A DNA stretch of 64,000 nucleotides from Raja brachyura (GCA_963514005.1 OY740784.1:73966001-74030000); one strand, 5' to 3'. Counted from the stretch's first letter, positions 23,765-36,219 are shown. Notes: generated from the sequence alone by a model not told the origin. A program made the numbers and translations.

Positions 23765-24628
23765 CCCTCCGCTCCCAACCCTCGATCATACTCAACTGTT
23801 AATTAGAGTCTCTTCAATCTTACTATGCCAAGTCATTCCTGTTGTTGGTTTCTGTGATTCCACACCGCTACTTTGAAGAATGTCGCGCATGCGTGCTGGC
23901 AGGTTCTTCACGAAATCCCTCACCGCAACTCCTCATGAAATAAAGATCAACCTTCGAACTGGTAAGTTCTCGTTCAATCTTACTATTCTCTGCTACAGAA
24001 GGTAGTTGAGGCCAGTTCATTGGCTATATTGAAGAGGGACTTAGATGTGGCCCTTGTGGGTAAAGGGATCAGGGGGTATGGAGAGAAGGCAGGTACAGGA
24101 TACTGAGTTGAATGATCAGCCATGATCATATTGAATGGCGGTGCAGGCTCGAAGGGCCGAATGGCCTACTCCTGAACCTATTTTGTATGTTTCTATGGTC
24201 CACAGGGCCCACGGCCGCCAAGAAATGGTGTCCCCCGCATGTTTTGATCAAAGAAACTAGAGCGGAGGTTTTGATAGCGATTTCCGTGCCGCCTGCAGGG
24301 GAAAGCGGAGCGCAGCAAGCGAGAGCAAAGATCCTACAGGATCTTTGAGCCAAAGGATCAGTATCCGTCTGCCGCCACGCCGGCCGGGCCGCGTGTTTGG
24401 TTACGTCCTTCCCCCACCGCTCCACGGAAAGCGACCCTCCAGGAATTTGGATAACACCAGAGCCACTGTCGCATCATTGAAGCGGAAAAGCTTCCTTGAA
24501 ACTGGAGGTCAGGGCACTCCAAAAGCGGCCCTTTCAGCGGCTTCCTCTCGTTCGGACCCCAACACCTGGCCTTGGGAGAAGATGTACTCGAGGACCTGCG
24601 GGGGTTCGTTGCAGTCTCCGGATCAGGT

Positions 24629-24667
24629 GTTTTTTGTGCGGAGTTTGTGTTTCTGTTACACGCTGTG
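24629..24667 (-). other. 23-RSS of V3
   Basis: CACAGCG + 23 nt + ACAAAAAAC. Confidence 0.93.
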
Positions 24668-25102
24668 TATACCCAGTAGGCGCAGTAATAAGTGGCAGAT
24701 TGTTCTGCCGTTAATCTTTCGATAATGAGATTAAATTCATAATCTGTATTCTTTTCCATTTTGTAGGAATTCCCGAATCCCTCGTCCCGTGTCACGCTGC
24801 CTGTGAAGTAGAGTATCCTTGTGAGCGATTGGCCGGGTTTCTGTTGATACCAGTGAATGGGGTTGGTGCTGCTAATCGCGACATTCGTTCGACACCCGAT
24901 TCTCCCAGTTTTCCCGGCCATCTTGCTAATCGATGCTTTGGGCTGGATCAGGGTCTGGGCCAAACATTCACCTGGAGAAAAAAAAAATCAGATACGGATT
25001 AAAAATTAAAAACTGCAAGGCGGAATGGTCCGAGAAACCCTGCAGAGTTACAGGACACGCACAGGTCAAAGTCAGCGCTAGGAACCAGTAACTCAGCCAC
25101 AT
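24668..25102 (-). CDS. TRGV: TCR gamma V segment V3 (leader exon 25063-25102, V exon 24668-24971); paralog of V6
   Basis: Leader MWLSYWFLALTLT, donor T|GTGCGT, acceptor tctccag|GT. IGC..PIHWYQQKPG..RILYF..QSATYYCAYWV, then a 23-RSS. Confidence 0.93.
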
Positions 25103-25230
25103 GTTCACTCAGCTGGATCGGGGAGATTTACCCGACCAACTGGTTAGAAACTGGGAGAAATCAACTCCTTTTCCTCAGGATATTGATGTCGGCGATTGAT
25201 CCACTCCGCTCCCCTTCGCTAGATGCGTTC

Positions 25231-25241
25231 CGTCATTTATA
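25231..25241 (-). promoter_or_regulatory. Candidate V3 promoter (TATAAA followed by TGACG)
   Basis: Minus strand TATAAATGACG, about 130 nt upstream of the leader ATG. Confidence 0.4.
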
Positions 25242-27719
25242 GGCAGATTTTTAGTGGCCCTCTGTTCATTGGAGGAGATGATTGGAGGAGGGGTGGGACA
25301 CGAACATGTAGAGGCAGAAGGAAGAGCCCATTCGACCCTTTGAACTTGCTCGCCATTTACCGAGATCCCGTCTGATGATCTACCTCAGCGCCATGTCCCA
25401 GCATTATCTCACTTATCTTTGATTCCCGCAAGTGCCAAGTGCACTTCGGCGTCTCCCTGATATTCCGTGGCGATTCTGCTCTTGTTCCGTCCGTACCCGA
25501 GGAGATATCCGTCTGTCTATTTTCAACGCAGTCTCATGCGTCCAGCCCTCGCATTTTAAACAGTCGATACCGAATTACCGCGCATCATTTTACATTGAGA
25601 CATGAAATTAAAGTGTCAACGGACGCGGCGGTTTATTGTACACCGGCTTCCCGCAACATAGTATTTAAGTTGTGTTCTTGCGCAGCCCGCAGGGCTCTAT
25701 ACAAACGTAAGTTATTGTTTGAGCAGGAAGGAACTGCAGATGCCGGTTTACACCGAAGATAGACACTAAATGCTCGAGTAACTCAGCGGGTCAAGCAGCA
25801 TCTCTGGAGAAAAGGAATAGGTGGCTTGTCGGATCGAGGTCGATCTTCAGATGGCGAGCCAGGGGAGAGCAAATTTATTGTTCGCCTGGTCAATGAGCGG
25901 GAGCACCGCAATCCTGTCAGCGTTGTGTCCATTAAGCACTGGACTATTGGTGGGATGTGCTCCCTCGCTATGTTCCTGGTTACTGAGGTGTGTCGAATCC
26001 GTTCACTTCAGCTCCTTGTTCTGGTTTTGTCGGCAAGTATTATTGCAACCCGATGAAATGTGATTCTCATTGTGGGGCGTCTTACACGTTTATTTATTTT
26101 GATGTAAGTTTAGAGATACGGCGTAGAATAGAAACAGACCCTTCGGCCAACCGAGACCGCGATGACCAGCGACCACCCGTACACTAGTTCTATCCTACAC
26201 ACAAGGGACAATTTACAGAAGCCAATTATCCTACAAACCTGAACGTCTTTGGAATATGGGAGAAAACCGGTGCGCCCGGAGAAAACCCATGTGGTCACAA
26301 GGAGAACATACAAACTCGGTACTGACAACACCCATAGTCAGGATCGAACCCGGTTCTCTGGCACTGTAAGACAGCAGCTATACCGCTGTGCCACCGTGCT
26401 GCCCGATCCTACCGCCCCATCCCCAATCTCGGATCAAAATGCGACCATCTCCCTGCCTCCAGAGATGGCAGAAAACTCGAGTGTATAAGTTGAAAGAAAG
26501 GTGTGCAGAAACTGCCTGCTTCATCTGCACCTATCTTTTTTTTTACTCCTTCCACGAAGAAGAGAATCACAGTACATATAGATATGTGGATATGCATTAC
26601 AGAGCTTCAGTTTTCTGTGAAATGTTAACAATCACGTACAAGTGAGTGCCCAGACATTCAAATGGTGCTTAAACTAAATGACTTCTCGAATGTTGAAATT
26701 GTGAATTGCTGAACCCCGAAACTTTGCTCCCGAACCGACATCCTTGCCATTGTTCCTCCTTTTGGATGCTCCTTGGGCCTCTTTCACCAAGCTTCAGTCT
26801 ACCTCTCATACATCTCCTTATGCACGTTGGCATCAGTTTTTTTTGTTTGAGAATGCGTCTGTGTCGATTGTGCTTCCCCAACAGGCCTACAGATGGACGA
26901 TGTTATAGTGGATAGATTAATAATTTTAAAAAATCGATAGAGACTATGTTACTCGATTGAGTGAGACTGAGCTTTTTTTAAATTCCGTCAAGGGAAGCAG
27001 GCTTAGCAGGCTGCTCCAGTGTATCAGAAAATTCCCAGTTATAATATGATGGAAAATTGACAGATGATGTTTTGGTTCGGGACTCTTAGGACAAATGGAG
27101 TAGAGAGGAGACATCTGGTAATGAGGGGAGAAGGAGTGGGAAAGAAACTGGCAAGTGATATGCGGATTCGGATAAGATAGGGTGATTGGCAGACAGGTGG
27201 AGGCAGTAACATCGACTGAAATAGAGCAAAAATGGTGCAGATGTGGAATCAGATATGGAAGAAAGATGAGGAGTGAAATGTAGAACTGGAGGGGGGGATC
27301 GTAAGAGGAAGGTAAGTTATCAGGGGTGAAAGGGGAACATCAAATGATATTGGGGACGTAGCAGGTAGGAGTGGGAGATGAGTGGTAGAACGGGACACAG
27401 GAACTGGGTCACAGGGCAGCGGGAGAACGTTGTTCGCGTGGAATGGGAACAAAGTGAATGAGAAGGAGATGGGGATCCAATTGCTGCATAATTACACTTA
27501 TTTAATATAAAAGGTTTTCAATTAATGAAAATATAGTTAATTGCTCTTTCTCATCGATATTTTGTACCAAGCCCGTGGCAGTGAAGAAAATGTCCATTGG
27601 TTTTCCTAAAGTGCCGAATCAGTGTTGTGAACAAGGAGGAACTCTTTAGCCACTAGAATATTTTGAAAGAAGGTATATGCCATTACTTTCAATAAGGCAA
27701 CAAACTTAAAGCCATCTAC

Positions 27720-28080
27720 GCCCAAACACACCGACAGGCCAAACCCACCGACGTCCAAATCCATCCACTCCCGCACCAACTCACTCTCTAATCATCCGCT
27801 TCCCAAACCCAACTATTCCCAAATCATCCACTCGTAAACCCAGCCACTGCTCAAAGCCACAAACCCAATGCTGTCCACTCCCAAACCCACTCTCCCCCCC
27901 AAATCACCTGCTCCCAATGTTACCCACCCCAAATCACCCACTCCCCAAACACACATATTCACAAACCTACCCACTCTTTAAATGCACCTATTCCCAAACC
28001 CACCTACTCCTCAAACCCAGCTATTATCAAACCCACCCACCCAATGCTACTCATTCCCAATCCACCTGCCCCAACTACAC
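27720..28080. repeat. Degenerate C/A-rich minisatellite (CCCAAACCCACCCACT-like, about 17-bp unit)
   Basis: Recurrent cccaaa(c/t)c(c/a)cc units. Confidence 0.75.
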
Positions 28081-28461
28081 CGTGCAGTTTAAATTCCAGT
28101 CCTAGTTGCCTGCCTTGGAGGTCTTCACCTATAGGAAGAGACAGGTGAGCTGTTTTTTATGGGGAGAATGAGGGCGAGGAATGAGCAGATTGTTTGTTAA
28201 ATATTTTTATTAGAAGTAAGTACATATTAAAGGAAGAATATACATGTCACATACATTCTTAATATTATTAATATTAACAATTATTTCTTATTTGTACTTC
28301 TATGCATTTTTTTAATTTTAATACAGGTAGGAAATAACAGAAAAATAAAGTAAAAATAGAAAATCAAAAAGATGACTGGAGTATTAAGCAGGTTATACAT
28401 CATTGGAGATATATCCATGGATTATTATATATGAGTCTTCATCTATTCCTTCATTCAGGGT

Positions 28462-31400
28462 TCAGTCAGGTTCTCGCACCGAGCCATTTTGATCCTTGAA
28501 ATATTCAATAAATGGAGACCATATCCCTCTGAAATGATCCAACTTGCCCAGTAGGACAAGTCTTAATCTTTCCAGGTGAAGTGTCTCCGACATTCCTGTA
28601 ATCCACATTTTGATTGTGGGGGATGTAGGACCTTTCCAAAATGTCAATATTAATTCTTTCCCAATTATTAAACTGTAATCGATAAAAAATATTTGATTTG
28701 TTGTTATTAATTGATCTGTTTCTAATATTCCTAATATTATTAATTTTGAGTTAGGAAGCAAATTCGTATTAACAACATTTGAAATTATCTTAAAAATTTC
28801 TGTCCAAAAGTTAGTAATTTTTATACAGTTTGTGAATGAGTGCATTAAATTAGCTTCTAAGTGCTGACATATATCGCATATGGCAGATACATTTGAAAAA
28901 ATTCTATATCATTTGGATTTTGAATAATGCAATCTATGTAATACTTTAAATAGTATCAAAGAGTGTCTATCGTTTAACGAACAGTGGTGTATATGTTGTA
29001 AACTTTCATCCCATACTTCTGGTCTGATTATTTGACCTAATTCGTTTTCCCATGATTGCCTATATATTTCTGTCATTGGTGCGTCGTTTTCCAATAAAAT
29101 GTTATAAATATATGATATAAATTTTTCTGTGTTCGCGTGTTTATTTACACATTCATCTAAAATTTCTGTCTTTCTATATCTAAATTCCTGCGTGTTTGAT
29201 TTTACATAGTCTCTAAATTGTAAATATCTAAAGTAATCTTTTGAATATAATCCATAAATTTGTTGTAATTCTTGAAATGAAAGAAAGGAGTTTTCCCTGT
29301 AGAGATCGTCCATCTTATTAATTCCATAGTTTTTCCATTGTAAAAAACCTTTGTCCATCATTGAGGGTTTAAATGTAACGTTGTTTACAATGGGGAGAGC
29401 TAGTGGTATACATTCCAATTTTAATGTTTTCTTTAGTTGTTTCCAGATACGTATCCCGCTTTCTATTATAGGGTTTTCTCTATAGGTTTTCTTACCAAGT
29501 TTTGTATTGGCAAATAAAATCGAGCTAATTTCAAAAGGTGAACAATCTTCTTTTTCCATTTTTAACCAATTTGGTTGTTTATTTAATTCTTCCAGCCAAA
29601 AATTCATATTTTTAATATTAACTGCCCAGTAATAAAACATAACATTTGGCAATGCTAGACCTCCATTTATTTTTGATTTATATAAAAGTTTTTTATTTAT
29701 TCTATTAATCTTATAATCCCAGATAAAGTTGGTGACTATGGAGTCAACCTTCTTAAAAAGATTTTTAGGAAGGTATATTGGAATCAATTGGAAAAGATAT
29801 AGTAATTGCGGAAGAAAAATCATTTTTATTGGATTAATTCTACCTAGCATTGAAATAGGTAATGTTTTCCAATATAAGATATTCTTATGTAATTTATTCA
29901 GTAAGGGTGGGAAATTAGATTTAAATAAAGAATCATATCTTTTTGTTACATAAATTCCAAGATATTTGATTTTTTTCGTTTGCTATCTTAAAAGGAAATT
30001 GTTGTAATATATGTAAGTTATTTACCATTATTGACATAAGTTCACTTTTATTCCAATTAATGGTATATCCTGAGAACGAGCCAAATTCAATTATTAAATT
30101 TAATACATTTTAAATACTAATTTCCGGTTTTGTAATATAAAGTAATACATCATCTGCATATAAGGAGATTTTATTTTCAGTTTCTCTGGTTTCATACCCA
30201 TATATTTCAGGATGTAATCTCACGCTTTGGGCTAATGGTTCAATTGCGAGTGCAAACAATAGTGGAGATAAGGGACAACCTTGTCTGCAGCCTCGGAATA
30301 AATTAAATTTAGTTGATAACATTTGGTTTGTTAGTATTCTAGCTGTTGGATTAGCGTATAATAATTTAACCCATGTTATAAACTTCTCTCCCAGCTTAAA
30401 AGTTTCCATGACCGAAAAGAGATAAGACCATTCCACCTGGTCAAAGGCTTTCTCCGCATCTAACGAGATAATTACTAGGACTTTATTAATACCTCTTTTC
30501 GAATATATAATATTGAATAATTGTCTCAAGTTATATGAGGAATATCGTTTTGGTATAAATCCTGTTTGATCCGGGTGAATTAATTTATTGATCACTGTGC
30601 TTAGTCTTTGTGCTAGTATTTTGGTTAATATTTTTTGATCAGTGTTTAAAAGAGATATAGCTCTATATGATCCTGGATCATCCAGATCCTTGTCTATTTT
30701 AGGTATAAGTGTTATAATAGATTCATTTAACGTTTCTAGTAATTTCTGTTGGGTATAAATGTATTCATAGAGTGTCTTCAAACGTGGTGCAATCAGATCA
30801 TAGAATATTTTATAAAATTCCGAACCAATACCATCTGGTCCCGGGGTTTTACCATTTTTTAATGATCTGATAGATTCTTCGATTTCTTTTGCTGTTATTT
30901 CACCATTTAGTTATTCTCTATTTTCTAAATCCAACCCTTTTAGATTACATTTTTAAAAAAATGCTTCTATTCCTATCCGGTTTTCTGTCGTTTTGACTGA
31001 ATATAAGTTTTTATAATATTGCAAAAATCTCTCATTAATATCTTTAGGTTGTACTAGTGGTTTGCCATTGTACGATTTAATCCTATGGAATATTTTTTCT
31101 CCCGCCAATTTCCGTAATTGACGAGCAAATAATTTTTGGGGTTTATCTCCGAATTCAAATTGTAATTGTTTAGTATATTGATAGAGTTTTACAACTTGGT
31201 CTGAATATATTTAATTTAATTTATATTTCAATGCAGCGATTTTATTTTGTTTTACCATGGTTGGATTAGCAGCGTTCTCTGTGTCTAATTGTTTAATCTC
31301 CTTTTCCAATGCCTATTGTTCCCTCCGATTCTCTTTATTATAAAATGCTTGAGAGGAAATCATAATTCCACGGGTATATGCTTTAAAAGTTTCCCATAAT

Positions 31401-32200
31401 AGGGAAGAAGATATTTCCGGCTTATCATTTATTTCGAAGAAAATCTTAATCTGTTCTGTAATGTATTCCTGAGTTACTTTGTCCTTTAAAATTTGTGGGT
31501 TAAGTCTCCATTGTCCCTGTTTTTCCGTTTTACCATGTATTTTGATCATAAATGTTAAAGGTGCATGATCTGAGATTGTAATATTATGGTATTTTGAATT
31601 GTAAGTGAGTGAGATAAGTTTAGAGTCTACCAAAAAATCTATTCTTGAATACGTTTTATGTACAGGTGAATAAAATGAGTATTCTCGTCAAGTTGGATTT
31701 TCTATTCTCCAAACGTCTTTAATATTACTAGTATCTATGTATGCATTTAATAAGTCACTGGAATGTGATTTGATTTTCTGTTGTCTTGATGATCTGTCTA
31801 AATAAGAATCTAGGGTACAATTTAAATCTCCTCCAATTATTAGGTTGTGTTGTGCTAATGGTGTTAAATATTTTCTTAAAGAACAATGGGCTGTCAAAGT
31901 TTGGTCCTTAACATTAACAAAAATCATTTTTTGTGCATTTAATTCTCCAATTACAATAATATATCTACCGTCACTGTCAGTTATAGTTGATGTGTGTTTA
32001 AATAAAGTGCCTTTATGAAATAATATTGCTACACCTCTAGATTTATGTGTAAAAGAAGAAGAATTTATCTATCCATTTAGCTTTCAATCTATGCTCTGCA
32101 TCTTTTTTTAAGTGTGTTTCTTGGATAAAAATGACATCTACTTTAAGTGCTTTTAAATGTGCTAATACTTTACCTCTCTTAATTAAAACGTTATTCCTTC
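28462..32200 (-). pseudogene. L1 ORF2p remnant (EN-RT-Cys domain) with multiple frameshifts
   Basis: Fragments 31688-31927, 31313-31633, 30110-30781, 28909-29850 and 28462-28845 carry L1 ORF2 motifs in order. Confidence 0.88.
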
Positions 32201-33001
32201 ATTCCCCGTGTTCATTTTTAAGTCTTGCATCTTTTATTTAGGGAGGTCTATAATAGAGCAAATGGTTCAGTTCGACAGGCCCGACCTTACATCCGAACTC
32301 CGAATAGACAAATTTCAAGACCCTTGGATGTCTCTCATGTATATATCTCCTTTGATCTAATTTATAACTCCATTCAAACTTAAAATAATAATGATAGGTT
32401 ATAGTATAAGAAAAAAAGGGATAGATTAAGAAGTTAGTAATGTGCACAAAGAAGGAAAAAACTACATCTAATATTAGTGTAGTTAGTGATAGCCATACTA
32501 ACATGGCTAACCATCTACCGACTTCCGTAGTTGATGTTATAAACTTAACCAGCTCCATGGTTTCTTAAAATTATTATTCCATAACTATATCTTACCAGGG
32601 ATATTAAATTCTGAAATATTCGGATTCCATTAATCGGGAATATGAGGATACATAATTTTAAAAAAAGGAAAAAGGGAGGAAAATAAAAAAAAGGACAAGT
32701 GAAATCAAACTTTATATTCAGCGTAATTATAATTAATATTTATCTGATTCTAAATATTTCAGTTATGATTAAATATTAGTCATTGATGATAATTATTAAC
32801 TCTAATTAGTAATGATACTGCGCTATAGTTTTAGTATTTATTAGTTATTTGTATTAGTAATGCTGTTATTCTAGTTATTAGTATCCATGGGAGAGTTTCC
32901 AATCCGCATCTTTCTCCAGCTTCCTTAGACAAGTCCTTAGTTCCATCCAATCCTGTAAAGCCAGTTTATTCATTGATGTAGTTCGATTTTAAAGGTATTA
33001 T

Positions 33002-33811
33002 TCAATCTTCCTCTCGATCCTTAGTCTTCTGGGCAAAATCCAGTGCCTCCACGGGGTTGATGAAAAAATGTTCTTTCTGATTGTAAGTGACTCTTAGGGT
33101 AGCTGGATACCTCAGACCAAACTTAAAATTCTTCACTTCCTTCAAAATTCTTTTGGTCTCCTTAAATGCGTTTCGTTTCCTGGAGACCTCTGCTGGACAG
33201 TCTCGGTAAATATTGATCTTATCTCCTTCATATGTAAGATTTCTGCTTCTTACAATTTTTCCCATCATCTCCTCCAGGACATGGGCATACTGGACTTTTA
33301 TTATCATTTGTCTTGGGGGGGCGTCATGTCTTGTCTGACGTCTCATCACACTGTGTGCTCGAGCAAGTAAAGGCTTTTGATCCAGAGATAAAACGTTTTG
33401 CAGTAAGTTTGCAGTAAATTCTCTGGGATCTTGATTCGCCTCTCTCCCTTCTTGAATACCCACAATTCTTAGATTCTGTCTTCTCTGGCGTCCTTCCAAT
33501 TCAGTGCATTTATCAGTTATTTTGCCCAGTAGTTCAGATAGACGTTGATTTTCTCTGATGAGTGTTTCCGCAGTCTGAGCACTTGTTTCGGCTATCTCCT
33601 CAAGGCTCTTTATGGCTGTCGTCTGTTGATTCAGTGCTTTTTCCACGGGATCCATCTTTTCTTCAAAATCAGTTGCCAGCTTTCTGATTTTAACATTTGT
33701 CTCTTTTGTCATACTTGCAGCTTGTTCAGTCAGTATATCTGCAACTTCCTTCTTCAATTTTTCCGATAGATCCAATACCGTGGAATTAATTTCAATTTTT
33801 AACTCCTTCAT
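33002..33811 (-). CDS. L1 ORF1p (coiled coil, RRM, CTD); N-terminus appears frameshifted
   Basis: Heptad-rich region, then RRQNLRIVGIQE, RAH, and FGLRYPATLRV. Confidence 0.8.
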   Translation of the reverse strand: MKELKIEINSTVLDLSEKLKKEVADILTEQAASMTKETNVKIRKLATDFEEKMDPVEKALNQQTTAIKSLEEIAETSAQTAETLIRENQRLSELLGKITDKCTELEGRQRRQNLRIVGIQEGREANQDPREFTANLLQNVLSLDQKPLLARAHSVMRRQTRHDAPPRQMIIKVQYAHVLEEMMGKIVRSRNLTYEGDKINIYRDCPAEVSRKRNAFKETKRILKEVKNFKFGLRYPATLRVTYNQKEHFFINPVEALDFAQKTKDREED

Positions 33812-35736
33812 CTCCTCCTTGATTTTTTTATTTCTTCCTTGAAATTCATTTTCTTTAATTCTTCATTCATTTTTGCAAGTTCACTCTTTAATTCCAGCTT
33901 TATTTCATCCTTTAAGTCTGCCATTTCTTGTGCAATAAAAGTTCTGAGATCTTCACTTTTCAATTTTTTCTTTTGTTTTTTCGATACATCTTCTTGGGAT
34001 AGCGTCCTACCTGTGCCCGAGGCTTCAATCGGGCCTTGTTCATGTTTCTGCCGGTTTCTGCCTTGTAACTCGACCTTTCAGTTTATCAGCGGGGGGGCTG
34101 CGCTCCATAGACATTGCAAGTCGCGTGCCTGATGATGTCACTCACGGCAGCCGATACCGAAGCAGCAGGCAGCAGGTAGGTCGTTTTCTCCCCGGTTTTT
34201 TCAGCGTTTTCTCAAGGAGCTGGCTGGCGTTGCTCCCTAGCCCTCCATAGCGCCACCGGAATGAGCAGATTGTGATGTCAAATTAAGTGCCATAGAGAGT
34301 AGATAGAATCTCTTTTCAATGATGTGGGATATCAACAACAAGACGGTACCGTTTTAAGATGAGAGGAATAATAAATAATAGACAATAGGTGCAGGAGTAG
34401 GCCATTCAACCCTTCGAGCCAGCACCACCATTCAATGTGATCATGGCTGATCATCCCCAATCAGTACCCCGTTCCCGCCTTCTCCCCATATCCACTGACT
34501 CCGCTATTTTTAAGAGCCCTATCGAGCTCTCTCTTGAAAGCATCCAGAGAACCTGCCTCCAAAGCCCTCTGAAGGAGAGGATTCCACAGACTCACCACTC
34601 TCTGTGACAAAAAGTGTTTCCTGGTCTCCGATCTAAATGGCTTACTCCGTAGTTTAAATGGGGGTAGACACAAAATGCTGTAGTAACTCAGCGGGACAGA
34701 CACCATCTCAGGAGACATGGAATGGGTGACGATTCGGGTTGAGACCCTTCAAAAGGTATTTGAGAGGAAAGTTATTTTTTAAACTGACAGTGGTTCATAT
34801 CTGGAACGTGTGTGCGTGTGTGTGGGGAGAGGGGGGGGGGGGGGGTAAATCAGATACAACCACATCCTTTAAGAGACACTTAGGAATGTAGTTATATCAA
34901 TGGCAGAAAAAAGGATGTGGACCTAATGCGGGGCAAATGGGTTCAATATAGATCATACAAAAGGTCAACATGGATATGTTGGGCCGAAAGACAATTTTTC
35001 CGTGGTGTACAATTCTATTACTCTAGTTCCGAGGGGGGGCGCTTAGATTTAACTATTTGTTCCTTGTGACCATGGTGTGTCCGTTCCAGGGGACGATAGA
35101 TGTGGCTTGGGTATTCGTTCGTATCCATATAGAAGGATGAGGGGGAACCTCATTGAGAGTTACCGAATAGCGAATGGCCTGGATAGAGTGGATGTGAAGA
35201 AGATGGTTCCACTAGTGGGAGAGTCTGGGACCAGAGGTGATAGCCTCCGAATAAATGGACTTTCCTTTAGGAAGGAGATGAGGAGATTTTTTTTTTTTTT
35301 GTCAGAGAATGGCGAATCAGTGGATTTCATTGCCACAGAAGGCTGTGGAGGCCATGTCAATGGATATTTTTAAAGCAGATGTAGGTAGATTCTTGACGAC
35401 TATGGGTGTCACGGGTTATGGGGAGAAGGCAGGACGGGTTGAGAGGAGAAGATAGATCAGCCATGATTGAATGGTGAAGTAGACTTGATGGGCCAAATGG
35501 CCTAATTTTGCTCCCATCACATGAATTTATGAACTAATGTATGTCCTACGGATCCACGTTGATGTGCATTTTTAATTTGTCAAAACAACTTTATTCATTC
35601 CAGTTATGAAATAAAATGCAAATGACATCGTGGAGAAAACCTAATGGCCCTCGGTATACGCAGATGTTCGCGGAGATCTGCAGACGCCACACCTGTGATT
35701 TGGCCTCGAACCACTGAACATGTTGCGCACTAGTTG

Positions 35737-35775
35737 GGTTTATGTATTGGCTTCCCGTCGCTCTCGGCTACTGTG
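35737..35775 (-). other. 23-RSS of V4
   Basis: CACAGTA + 23 nt + ACATAAACC. Confidence 0.94.
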
Positions 35776-36219
35776 TTGCCAATAAGCACAGTAATAGGTA
35801 CCAGCATCGTCCGCTCGGATATTCGTCAGGAGCAGAGTGTACGATTTTTTCTCTTTTATTTTACCAGCAACGAATCGTGCTTCCGCCACATCTTTCTGAC
35901 TGTCCGTTTGAGTCTTAAAATACAATATCCGCTGCAGCCCTTCTCCCGGCCTCTGCCGGTACCAATGTATAACGGCTTCATTCAAATCTATATTGTGAAC
36001 CTCGCAGTAAAAGTGGACAGGTTTCGTTGGACCTTTAGTGATCGATAATTGAGACTGCGTCAATACTTGAGCCGCCGATTTACCTGCTGGAGAAAAGAGC
36101 ACATGGTTATCGAAATCTCTCACACGGTGACAGCGAACGGCTAATGAAAATGGTCGTTAAAATGCTAACCACTGACCGAGAAAGGAGATCAATACAATGG
36201 CAGCCAAGGCCGCCTTCAT
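35776..36219 (-). CDS. TRGV: TCR gamma V segment V4 (leader exon 36177-36219, V exon 35776-36083); paralog of V2
   Basis: Leader MKAALAAIVLISFL, donor G|GTCAGT, acceptor ccagcag|GT. FYC..VIHWYRQRPG..RILYF..DAGTYYCAYWQ, then a 23-RSS. Confidence 0.94.

Larger units (their letters stand above)
18660..23987 (+). mobile_element. Intact DIRS1-type tyrosine-recombinase retrotransposon
   Basis: ITRs at 18687-18720 and 23881-23914 (32/34). ICR at 23652-23764 is complementary to both ends. Three overlapping open ORFs. ATT at both junctions. Confidence 0.95.
13207..24197 (+). mobile_element. 5'-truncated host CR1 split into three pieces (13207-13972, 18467-18660, 23986-24197) by two younger insertions
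   Basis: The RT reading AFDKVPHKRL..FADD..RLG(M)YS resumes as LEFRRLRGDL after the inserted CR1, and as ..ttctctgctacagaaggtagtt after the DIRS. It ends in a CR1 tail. Confidence 0.88.
28194..34257 (-). mobile_element. Full-length, degraded L1-clade LINE
   Basis: ORF1 (EGRQRRQNLRI.GI.E, YPATLRV); fragmented ORF2 (GGDLN, ISDHAP, PGSYRAISLLN, SLDAEKAFD, RQGCPLSP, YADD); AATAAA near the 3' end; 16-bp direct repeat GGAATGAGCAGATTGT at 28178-28193 and 34258-34273. Confidence 0.92.

Noticed and set aside
24358-24628. C-terminal ORF extensions of V3 (and V6) past the RSS as real protein tails
   Set aside because: Chance read-through of GC-rich flank; the two paralogs' tails diverge in frame and stop position.
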